A stretch of 43,519 nucleotides of DNA, taken from UHGV virus genome UHGV-0308184. One strand, written 5' to 3'. Position numbers and translations under genes: made by a program. Below are positions 19,094 to 26,540 of this stretch, in pieces. Position 1 is the stretch's first letter, and the number at the start of each line of letters is the position of its first letter. Origin of the DNA: a virus. The notes under the pieces are model-generated. The model was not told where the DNA came from. It did not search any database and saw nothing but the letters and a program-made list of their open reading frames with translations.

Positions 19094-19147
19094 CCCCCCA
19101 TCCCTTTTTAGGACAGTCACGTACTGACATGGGGGTTTTTTTATTTT
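19094..19147 (+). terminator. Terminator or attenuator hairpin immediately upstream of the Abi gene RBS.
   Basis: Stem CCCCCAT/ATGGGGG around a structured 27-nt loop, then TTTTTTTATTTT. The RBS GGAGG begins 2 nt after the T tract. Confidence 0.55.
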
Positions 19148-19158
19148 GGAGGAAAAAT

Positions 19159-20127
19159 ATGAAGGAACCACTATCATTATCGTTTGATGAACAAATGGCA
19201 CTTTTTGAAGAAAGAGGTATGCAGATGACCTCAAAAGATGTAGAAAAATTAAAAGTTATAGGATATTATCGAATTAAGCAGTTTGCTGCGCCTTTAGCTA
19301 ATAAGAAAATTGTTAATGAAAATACTGTATATGATTACAAAGGAATATATTTTTCCGATGTTTTGAAAAGATACTATCAAGATAAAAATTTAAGAATTCA
19401 TTTGTTACATGCAATAGAGAAAATTGAGGTTGCGTTGAAAACATGGGTTGCTTTTATTTTAGGAGAACAATACGGCGCTTTTGGATATCTTAATTTTTCA
19501 GAATGGTGTGATAAAAATAGATACTCAAAATTTGAAATAGAAAAGCGACAATTTTTCTTTAAAAAAGATTTACTAAGAGCTACATCTAGATCGTGCACTG
19601 AGGATATAAAATTAAAAAAGAATAAAGAAAAAGATAATTTTCCAAGTATTTGGTTAGCTGTGGAAGTTCTTACTTTTGGTGAACTTGTTAGATTAGTAGA
19701 AATTATGTCTACTAGAAATAAACGAAAACTTTCAAAAATGTTTAGATGTACGGATATTGAATTATTATCATGGCTAAAATGTATAAATTTTGTTAGGAAT
19801 GCATGTGCGCACAATGCTAATGTAATAGACCTTCAGTTAGAGACGAAGCCCGTTTGCAGGAGTGATTGGAAAGATTATTTGTATAATGTTAATAAGAGTA
19901 ATAATGGGACCCCTTCTAATAAGTTAGCAATAGTAATTTTTATCATCAAAACTTTAGTTACACCAATAAATGAAAGATATGGATGGAAAAATATCCGAAG
20001 GAACATTGCTAGATTAGTAGATAGTAGTGATAAAAATGCACATCTACTAGGTTTTTCAGACTGCGCATCTGCATATAAAGTTTTAGAAAAATCAAATGGA
20101 ACCACAACGAAAGCCTCGCTCCCTTGA
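19159..20127 (+). CDS. Abi_2-family (AbiD/AbiF-like) abortive-infection protein; a moron gene.
   Basis: The N-terminal signature L-S-F-D-E-Q-x-x-L-F-E-E-R-G-M-x-M...IGYYRIKQF is typical of Abi_2. RBS GGAGGA lies upstream. The track start at 19129 falls inside the terminator. The gene is visibly more AT-rich than its surroundings. Confidence 0.6.
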   Translation: MKEPLSLSFDEQMALFEERGMQMTSKDVEKLKVIGYYRIKQFAAPLANKKIVNENTVYDYKGIYFSDVLKRYYQDKNLRIHLLHAIEKIEVALKTWVAFILGEQYGAFGYLNFSEWCDKNRYSKFEIEKRQFFFKKDLLRATSRSCTEDIKLKKNKEKDNFPSIWLAVEVLTFGELVRLVEIMSTRNKRKLSKMFRCTDIELLSWLKCINFVRNACAHNANVIDLQLETKPVCRSDWKDYLYNVNKSNNGTPSNKLAIVIFIIKTLVTPINERYGWKNIRRNIARLVDSSDKNAHLLGFSDCASAYKVLEKSNGTTTKASLP

Positions 20128-20148
20128 TGAGAGTGAGGCTTATTTTTA
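20111..20148. terminator. Bidirectional terminator shared by the Abi gene and the convergent small ORF.
   Basis: 11-bp stem AAGCCTCGCTC/GAGTGAGGCTT with one G-U pair. A T tract lies on the + side and an A-rich run on the other side. Confidence 0.55.
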
Positions 20149-20394
20149 TGCGCTAATCAAAGTTTTTCTTACAAGCATTTTATCAATGACAAGTTGATTT
20201 CGTTTATTCAAGTGACCATAGACAGCTAATTCAGATTGTTCAGGTAACATTAGTAGCGTATTTGCTAGTTCATGTTTAGAGACGATACAGTTTATAGTTT
20301 TGTCCTGTGTTACTAATGAGAATCGAACTAAAATTTTTGGATACATACTTAACATTTTAATCTTTTCAACTACTCCTACATAATTAGTTTTCAT
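20146..20394 (-). CDS. Hypothetical 82-aa protein with an OB-fold-like pattern; second moron gene.
   Basis: Strong RBS GGGAGG 8 nt upstream on the minus strand. It lies between the attP-like region and the Abi gene. Confidence 0.5.
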   Translation of the reverse strand: MKTNYVGVVEKIKMLSMYPKILVRFSLVTQDKTINCIVSKHELANTLLMLPEQSELAVYGHLNKRNQLVIDKMLVRKTLISA

Positions 20395-20473
20395 GATATC
20401 GTCCTCCCTAATACAATTATATCGAACTTTCGTTCGTGTTGTCTATCAAGAAATATAAAATAATACAAAAAAA

Positions 20474-20676
20474 TTGGGTACTTTTTGGGTATGTCGGTAA
20501 TGAAAAAAGCTAAAACCTTTAATAAATAAAGGTTTTAGCTTTTTAATAAAGAGCCACCTGCCAGCTTCATAGATAATTATTCAAGAATATTGCTGTTTAA
20601 TTAAAAACAATTCTATATGTTTTAATATATACATCAAGATAACAATTTAGATATACTTTGGGTAATTTTTGGGTAT
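20474..20676. promoter_or_regulatory. Candidate attP region with two 19-bp direct repeats (TTGGGTAcTTTTTGGGTAT at 20474..20492 and TTGGGTAaTTTTTGGGTAT at 20658..20676) flanking a terminator. It abuts the integrase stop codon.
   Basis: 18 of 19 positions are identical between the direct repeats. This matches arm-type integrase-binding site architecture next to int. Confidence 0.4.
20503..20544. terminator. Bidirectional terminator: 14-bp stem AGCTAAAACCTTTA/TAAAGGTTTTAGCT flanked by A6 and T4.
   Basis: Perfect inverted repeat with a 6-nt loop. Confidence 0.6.
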
Positions 20677-21819
20677 TTACAAAATATCTTTGTATTTGTT
20701 TTCATATTTTTCTTTGTTCTTTTTTCTATTTGCTTCAGTAGCTGATGCGTATTCATATGACTGTATTATCTCTTTATGTCCTAGCTGTGTTTTGATATAT
20801 ATTGGATCAGCTTCAGCTAGGATTAATAAGTCAGAACGGGCATGTCTAAAACTATGAGATGAAATTCTTTCAATATTTGCTAGTTCACATGTTTCTTTTA
20901 TATATTTATTCACAGATGAATTTGAGATGGGCCATGAATTTTTTTTACTAACAAAAGCAAAATTTTGGGGATTACGTAAATCTCCTCTCAATATTTTTTT
21001 CTTTTGTTCCATTTCATATTTTTTTAAATAATAGAAAAGAGAAGAAGGGACATCAATATTTCGAACACCTGCTTCTGATTTTGTAGGGCCAATTCTATAC
21101 TGGCCAGCATCATACTTATAGGCATTTTTTATCTTAATAACTTCGTTACTTTCATCAATGCTATCCCAAGTCAACGCAGCAACCTCTTGATAACGAGCTC
21201 CAGTATATAGTTGTACTAAAATGAAGTATTTACTTGTGGTGTTTTCACGAGATAATAAAGCTTCTTTAAATTTAGTTAAATCATCAATAGATATGGTTTT
21301 ATTTGATTTCTTTTCTGGTACTTGGCCAGTTAACTTTATATTTCTTGTTGGATTTGAATGAATATATTGCATGTCCAACGCTTCTAAAAACATAGATTTT
21401 ACAATGTTATGTCTGTTGCTCACCGTCTCAACTGCTAGTCCTTTTTCATTGATATTGCCAGGTTTTGCAAGCCAGTTAATCCATTGCTGATATTTGACTT
21501 TGGTGACGCCTTTTAGCAATTGTTTGTCCCCAAAGAAATCATGTAAATTCTTTCTTGTTAAAGCTATTTTTTGCATACGGCCAGCAGACACTTTATTCTT
21601 TTTAAATGTATCAACCCAAATATCATAAAAATCTAAAAGTTTAATTGCTTCAGTGTTTTCACCACGCATAATTTTTGATTTAAACTCTGTTTCAGCATCT
21701 CTACAAGCCTTCTTAGTAGATCTAGTAATCATTTTATTTTTCCATTCATTTGTAATAGGGTCTTTATATTTAAATCTTAACTGCCATTTTCCATTAGCTA
21801 ATTTCTTTGGTTCTGCCAT
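20677..21819 (-). CDS. int: Tyrosine integrase (site-specific recombinase, phage integrase family).
   Basis: The C-terminal catalytic region holds ...SHSFRHA..., ...LGH..., and ...YEYA... (R-H-R-Y pattern). The start is probably ATG 21817..21819 (MAEPKK) with RBS GAGAGG. The track ORF extends upstream to 21915. Confidence 0.85.
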   Translation of the reverse strand: MAEPKKLANGKWQLRFKYKDPITNEWKNKMITRSTKKACRDAETEFKSKIMRGENTEAIKLLDFYDIWVDTFKKNKVSAGRMQKIALTRKNLHDFFGDKQLLKGVTKVKYQQWINWLAKPGNINEKGLAVETVSNRHNIVKSMFLEALDMQYIHSNPTRNIKLTGQVPEKKSNKTISIDDLTKFKEALLSRENTTSKYFILVQLYTGARYQEVAALTWDSIDESNEVIKIKNAYKYDAGQYRIGPTKSEAGVRNIDVPSSLFYYLKKYEMEQKKKILRGDLRNPQNFAFVSKKNSWPISNSSVNKYIKETCELANIERISSHSFRHARSDLLILAEADPIYIKTQLGHKEIIQSYEYASATEANRKKNKEKYENKYKDIL

Positions 21820-22004
21820 AAATACCAACCTCTCGGATTTTTTTAATTTAAATACATTTAAGAACGATTTTTTATTGAATATGTTATAAGTAAGTATCAA
21901 GTTATCGTATATCATAAATACGAATACGAATATATGTTCGTTTTTTGTGATAAAAAGAAAAACCCGAAGGTTTCTCTCTTTGTTAATAAAATAATAAGAA
22001 GATA

Positions 22005-22868
22005 TTAATAATCAATAATTTCTACAAGTCCGCTATCTGCACTTTGTGGAGTTATGTGTATTTCCACATTAGCTTCTCTTTTTGCTCCATATGCATTTAC
22101 TATAGTAGCACTTACTTTTTGATACCATTTACCATCTTTTTGCGTCCATGGTTGGATGACGCCGATAATTGAATGCATTTTGCTTCCTTTATAAGGATAC
22201 ATATCATTAAATTGATGCTTAGCTAAAGTATCTAAGACGGTTTGTTGTTCTAAGGTTGGCTCATCTGCTAGCTTAGTAATGTCATTAGTATTTTTATCTT
22301 CGCTCGGTAAAGTATTAGTAGCTACATCAGACTTCGCTTCAGTACTTACTTCTTTTTTTTCAGATACATCAGATTGTTTATTATCTTGGCTACTACTTTT
22401 AGAAACATCAGAGTTTACTGTTTTTTGTTTGCTAGTTTCAGTACTTGATACTGGATTTTTCATATATTCTTGAAAATCTTTTTCATTTAAAAATCTAACA
22501 ACAAAATCTTTGTCGGCAGTTTCGAATGTGAGAGTATCTCCCTTTTTAAGAGATACTTTTTTCTTGTTTCCCACTCCGTATAAGTCATGGTTACTATTTT
22601 CTCCGCCTGATTTGACGGTAATAAGAACTATGCTCGATTTATCATCTAGTTGAGTTAATACAGCATAGTAATCTCCAGGATCAATATCTTTTCCAACTGA
22701 ATATTCCCCTGACGCAACAAAGTCTTTTGAATTCGGTTGTTTAACTGTGCTGCTAGATTGACTGGTTGACTTTTCAGTATCTTTATTATCATTATTTCCC
22801 GAACAAGCAGTAAGTAGTGAAATACCACAAACACAAACCAATCCTAAACTAATTAATTTTTTCATCAT
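22005..22868 (-). CDS. Prophage lipoprotein, a superinfection-exclusion (Ltp-like) candidate.
   Basis: Signal peptide with lipobox LLTAC, a long S/T/K-rich linker, and a C-terminal globular domain. A minus-strand terminator lies downstream near 21950..21985. Confidence 0.6.
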   Translation of the reverse strand: MMKKLISLGLVCVCGISLLTACSGNNDNKDTEKSTSQSSSTVKQPNSKDFVASGEYSVGKDIDPGDYYAVLTQLDDKSSIVLITVKSGGENSNHDLYGVGNKKKVSLKKGDTLTFETADKDFVVRFLNEKDFQEYMKNPVSSTETSKQKTVNSDVSKSSSQDNKQSDVSEKKEVSTEAKSDVATNTLPSEDKNTNDITKLADEPTLEQQTVLDTLAKHQFNDMYPYKGSKMHSIIGVIQPWTQKDGKWYQKVSATIVNAYGAKREANVEIHITPQSADSGLVEIIDY

Positions 22869-22885
22869 AATTCCTCCTAAATAAT

Positions 22886-23362
22886 TTATTCAAACCATTC
22901 ATATACCCCAATTGTACCATCACACCTAAAAATTATTTGATAATTTTTATAGATCATTCCATTTTCATATAATTTTGAGTAACTTTTGATTGCGTCTTGA
23001 AGATATTCAGTAGTTACTCCTAGGAACTCTGCACATTGCCAAACATATATTAATCGCTCATGATAACAATCTATAAAATCTTGTGGAGTTATTAACAATT
23101 TACATCCACAATCTCTAGCTCGTTGTTCTTGTTGTCTTTTTTCATTACTATTTTGCTCTATAATATCCCCAACACTTGTTAAATGATGACCAATTTCCTC
23201 TGCGAGAGTACCCACCATTTCTTCGTTTGATTGATTAGGGTTTAAATATACTACATTATTAATATAGAGACCTTTCTGATTTTCTGGCATCATAGGTTCT
23301 ATTCTGTAGTTTAGTTCAGGATAATTAGCCATCAAGCTTTCCAATTTATTCATCAAATACAC
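22886..23362 (-). CDS. ImmA/IrrE-family metallopeptidase-like protein (anti-repression partner of the XRE repressor).
   Basis: 158 aa, co-oriented and adjacent to the short XRE repressor. Its metal-site-like motif reads AEEIGHHL (E-E-x-x-H-H, not the canonical HExxH). Confidence 0.5.
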   Translation of the reverse strand: MYLMNKLESLMANYPELNYRIEPMMPENQKGLYINNVVYLNPNQSNEEMVGTLAEEIGHHLTSVGDIIEQNSNEKRQQEQRARDCGCKLLITPQDFIDCYHERLIYVWQCAEFLGVTTEYLQDAIKSYSKLYENGMIYKNYQIIFRCDGTIGVYEWFE

Positions 23363-23722
23363 CTACTTATAGTGATCGCGTTTCTTTATATAATCAATGA
23401 AAGATAGTATTTCCTTCATTTCTTCTTCAGAAACATCATCATCTATATGTGCGGCTACTGTTAATTGTTCAGGAGAAAGCTCGTTGTTTCTATTCATATT
23501 TTTATCTAGATTTGAGTTATTAATAACGTCTCTTCCATGTAGGTAGTCTAACGATACATCAAAGTAATCAGCAATTTTATTTTGTAATTCTGCGTCAGGA
23601 GTTCGTTTTCCCTGCTCATACGATGCGTATGTGGTTTTGGCAACGCCTAAAATATTTGCCATATCTTGTTGAGTCAAATTTGGCTTTGATTTTCTTAATA
23701 ATTTCAATCTTTCTGCGAACAT
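23363..23722 (-). CDS. CI-like XRE-family HTH repressor, 119 aa, with no S24 peptidase domain.
   Basis: HTH MANILGVAKTTYASYEQGKRTP. RBS AAAGGAGGG lies upstream. It diverges from the cro-like gene. Confidence 0.75.
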   Translation of the reverse strand: MFAERLKLLRKSKPNLTQQDMANILGVAKTTYASYEQGKRTPDAELQNKIADYFDVSLDYLHGRDVINNSNLDKNMNRNNELSPEQLTVAAHIDDDVSEEEMKEILSFIDYIKKRDHYK

Positions 23723-23743
23723 ATTTTCCCTCCTTTAAGTTTA

Positions 23744-23860
23744 GTATACTACTACAAAATGCGTATACCAAGAATATTGAAAAAAGTATCAAAAAAAGAG
23801 TACTTAGGGGTTGAATAAGTACGCGAAATGTATTATTATAAAAGTACGCAAAACGTATCA
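23744..23860. promoter_or_regulatory. Genetic switch region with divergent promoters and three operator-like repeats (GTATAC-N13-GTATAC at 23744..23768, GTACGCGAAATGTAT at 23819..23833, GTACGCAAAACGTAT at 23844..23858).
   Basis: Repeats read directly. The region lies between divergent HTH genes. Confidence 0.55.
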
Positions 23861-23862
23861 CT

Positions 23863-24093
23863 TTGAAAGGGGTGAATAAATTGAATCAATGGCTTAAAAA
23901 AAAGAGAGAATCTTTGGGATACACACAAGAAAGTTTTGCTAAAGAAATAGGAATTGCTAAAACAACGTATTCTTCATATGAACAAGGATATAGAAACCCA
24001 ACGGTTCAAACAGCAAAAAAAATGGCAAAAATATTACAAGTTCCGTGGACAATTTTTTTTGATGAAGAAGTACTCGAAACGTATGATTTTTGA
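23863..24093 (+). CDS. Cro-like XRE-family HTH regulator.
   Basis: HTH FAKEIGIAKTTYSSYEQGYRNP. The real start is probably TTG 23881, with RBS GAAAGGGGTG 6 nt upstream. Confidence 0.7.
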   Translation: MKGVNKLNQWLKKKRESLGYTQESFAKEIGIAKTTYSSYEQGYRNPTVQTAKKMAKILQVPWTIFFDEEVLETYDF

Positions 24094-24106
24094 TAGGAGG
24101 ATAAAA

Positions 24107-24280
24107 ATGACAACCAAAGAAAAAATTGAATTTATCAAACAAGTAACACCTCATTCAGATTCAGAAGTAGAGAAAATTATTAAAGGAATGAGCGATACCA
24201 GTATTAACCGCTGGTATGAAATAGAGAAATATCGCATTGATCAAGAATTAGAAGAAGCGGTGTTAACTATCTATTGTTAA
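24107..24280 (+). CDS. Hypothetical 57-aa early protein.
   Basis: RBS TAGGAGGA 7 nt upstream of ATG 24107. The track ORF 23954..24280 starts earlier in the same frame. Confidence 0.5.
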   Translation: MTTKEKIEFIKQVTPHSDSEVEKIIKGMSDTSINRWYEIEKYRIDQELEEAVLTIYC

Positions 24281-24337
24281 AAGAATACACCTATATCAGT
24301 CGGATAGAAATAACAAATTATACGAAATGAGGTAAAA

Positions 24338-24865
24338 ATGACGAAATCTATAAAACTAAACAAACAATTAAGAAAAGCAGCTTTTAAAAAAGGATTAAGC
24401 CAAAAACAAGTGGCCCAATTAGTATATTTTGCACATACTACAACAAATGGTCACTTTAATGGCTACCCAGTACCGCCAGAAAGTGCTATAGCCTATAACG
24501 AATTATTTAACGATAGTGAGTTGGCATTTGCATTAGGCCAAGAGTTATTGGGCCTAATAGGGCTAGCAACTGGAGTGAAAGTAAAAAAAGAGCCATTAGC
24601 GCTTTCGGTACTAAAGGAAAAAGAGGAACGAGAAAGAGAAAAAATCGAAGTGGAAAACGAAATCGATTATTTAATGGCGATTCCAGTTGAAGAATTGACC
24701 GAAAAACAAAAACAGGCAATATTACAGTATTGTAGCGAATATTCAGATGAATTGTTGTTTGAAATTTCTCTTATTTGTAAGCAATTAGAACTAATAGGGA
24801 TGTCCTTTATGGATTTAATGATATTAAGAACACCTTATTGGAAAAATAAAGAATGGATTGAATAA
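24338..24865 (+). CDS. Hypothetical early regulatory protein with an HTH-like N-terminus.
   Basis: KKGLSQKQVAQLVYF segment and an acidic coiled middle. Confidence 0.45.
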   Translation: MTKSIKLNKQLRKAAFKKGLSQKQVAQLVYFAHTTTNGHFNGYPVPPESAIAYNELFNDSELAFALGQELLGLIGLATGVKVKKEPLALSVLKEKEEREREKIEVENEIDYLMAIPVEELTEKQKQAILQYCSEYSDELLFEISLICKQLELIGMSFMDLMILRTPYWKNKEWIE

Positions 24866-24879
24866 AGGAGGGAAGTAAT

Positions 24880-25131
24880 TTGGAGTCAAACATTAGTATG
24901 CAAGATGTGTCTAAGAGACTTTCTAGGAATCTATATATGATGATGGGAACTCCTAGAGAGGATACCAAAAAAATTTGGAAGGTATCTGAGCTTTCAAAAG
25001 CAAGCGGAGTTACACCATGTGTTATTAGTCGGATTAAAAATGACACTGAAGGAAAAGAAAAACCGACTATTGAAACAGTTGTTAAGCTTGCTAAAGCATT
25101 AAATGTTGATCCTGCAGAATTATTGAAATAA
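24880..25131 (+). CDS. XRE-family HTH protein; a third HTH regulator in the early region.
   Basis: ELSKASGVTPCVISRIKN...LAKALNVDPAELL. Start is TTG with RBS GGAGGG. Confidence 0.55.
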   Translation: MESNISMQDVSKRLSRNLYMMMGTPREDTKKIWKVSELSKASGVTPCVISRIKNDTEGKEKPTIETVVKLAKALNVDPAELLK

Positions 25132-25273
25132 GAGGTGAAAATAAATGGAAAAAGAAAATATCCAAGAAAATTATCACGAATCATTAAAAGAGCGGAAAAT
25201 CAAAGACACTTTACAAGAAATTAAAGAGAGATTAAATGGCGTAAAACTAACCTAAAATGAAAGGAAGTTAAAA

Positions 25274-25483
25274 ATGAATAAGAGGAAACCACGTAGTTTA
25301 TATGAAGCAAGAATTTTAGGGACTTTGTTAGTATTCTTCATACTTGGTCTAGTAATAAAGAACAGTATTCCGTTTAACTACTTACTTTTAATACTTGGAC
25401 CTATTATTGCAATTTGGTTTATGAAATATGACGATGCTAAATATCAAGAAAATTTAAATAAAAATGAAAAGGAAGTGTATTAA
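25274..25483 (+). CDS. Small membrane protein with two transmembrane helices.
   Basis: Hydrophobic stretches LGTLLVFFILGLVI and LLLILGPIIAIWF. Confidence 0.5.
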   Translation: MNKRKPRSLYEARILGTLLVFFILGLVIKNSIPFNYLLLILGPIIAIWFMKYDDAKYQENLNKNEKEVY

Positions 25484-25810
25484 TTGAATAGAAAAATCAG
25501 AAGTCTAATAAAAGAATTAACAGAGGAATGTGACAAAGAAAAAGTTTCTCTTATTTGTACAGCTAATAACCAAGGTGAGACAGTTAGCGCAATTTGTGGC
25601 GGATTAGTAGATCTATCATTTTGTTTAGGAGTCCAAGAAAAAAAGCTAAGTGAAAAATTGCCGATACATCCAGAAATTTTGCGCAAATCAGCAGTTGAAG
25701 CATTGGAAGAAGTTAAATCCGATAATCATAAACATACTTTTGTAATCGAAAATGCAGAAGATTTACAAGATATATTAAACAGAATTGCTTCAGGTGAGTT
25801 TGATGAATAA
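25484..25810 (+). CDS. Hypothetical protein, 108 aa.
   Basis: TTG start directly after the upstream stop. Confidence 0.4.
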   Translation: MNRKIRSLIKELTEECDKEKVSLICTANNQGETVSAICGGLVDLSFCLGVQEKKLSEKLPIHPEILRKSAVEALEEVKSDNHKHTFVIENAEDLQDILNRIASGEFDE

Positions 25811-25894
25811 AAAAATGCCCAATCGTTTGCAGACGATTTAGGCACTAACAAAAATATACTAGGAAAATTATAACATAAATTTGGAGGGAGTTAA

Positions 25895-26185
25895 ATGCAA
25901 AAAAACAACAATAAGCTAACCATGTCAGCCCGATTCGGTGAATGGTACAAAGAGGCGACTGAAAATTGTGCAGAACGGGAATTATACGCAACGTCGTTAA
26001 TTGCACGTATGGATTGGGTAGTTGATCCAATAAGTAGTAAAAGTTATAGATATGATTTAACAACAGATCTGAATAAAAATCATAGCAGCGCTTGGTATGA
26101 TGTTGCCACTGAAATTTGTAACAAACGCAAAGAAACAGTTATACGAGCAATCCTAGAAGACAATATCAAAATTGAAAATTTCTAA
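25895..26185 (+). CDS. Hypothetical protein, 96 aa.
   Basis: RBS GGAGGGAG. Confidence 0.5.
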   Translation: MQKNNNKLTMSARFGEWYKEATENCAERELYATSLIARMDWVVDPISSKSYRYDLTTDLNKNHSSAWYDVATEICNKRKETVIRAILEDNIKIENF

Positions 26186-26207
26186 TAAATGGAAGAGGAG
26201 GATTTCA

Positions 26208-26540
26208 ATGTATTATCCAACTACAAAATTTGATCAGTATGGTGCTCGCCAATTACCTAAAGAAGATGTATCAGAAGAGATAGACGAAACAGCAGATTAT
26301 GACAAGGATAGTATGGGAGAAACTATCGCCCAAGAAGATGGTGTATTTGAAATATTGTATACAGTAACTACTGTCATGAGTAATAGATGTCTCAAAATTA
26401 AAACAGAGAAAGCGATTGTTACTCAACAAGATATTGTAGATTTTATTTTAGAAATAGGTGAAGAAAAAATAACATCTATAAAATTTGTAGGATTAGGAGA
26501 AAAGTATTTAGAAATTGGAGGAAATTATAATGGGGAATGA
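26208..26540 (+). CDS. Hypothetical protein immediately upstream of RecT (Gp157-position).
   Basis: RBS GAGGAGGA precedes ATG 26208. The track ORF starts upstream at 26172. Confidence 0.45.
   Translation: MYYPTTKFDQYGARQLPKEDVSEEIDETADYDKDSMGETIAQEDGVFEILYTVTTVMSNRCLKIKTEKAIVTQQDIVDFILEIGEEKITSIKFVGLGEKYLEIGGNYNGE

Noticed and set aside
19129-19158. The upstream extension of the Abi ORF (track start 19129, MGVFLFW...).
   Set aside because: The extension lies inside the terminator hairpin and its U tract. ATG 19159 has a canonical GGAGGA RBS.
20669-20857. The + strand ORF 20669..20857 and other short ORFs antisense to int, the lipoprotein and the early genes (for example 21653..21889, 22279..22473, 24507..24719, 24807..25184, 25845..26063).
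   Set aside because: They are antisense to well-supported genes, lack an RBS, and have low-complexity products.
20677-21915. The 32-codon N-terminal extension of the integrase ORF (to 21915).
   Set aside because: Minus-strand ATG 21817..21819 (MAEPKK) has an RBS (GAGAGG). The extension is an AT-rich, low-complexity leader.
23616-23861. ORFs 23616..23861 (-) and 23623..23814 (+) in the cI/cro intergenic region.
   Set aside because: The region holds divergent promoters and operator repeats. These ORFs lack an RBS and overlap the repressor start.
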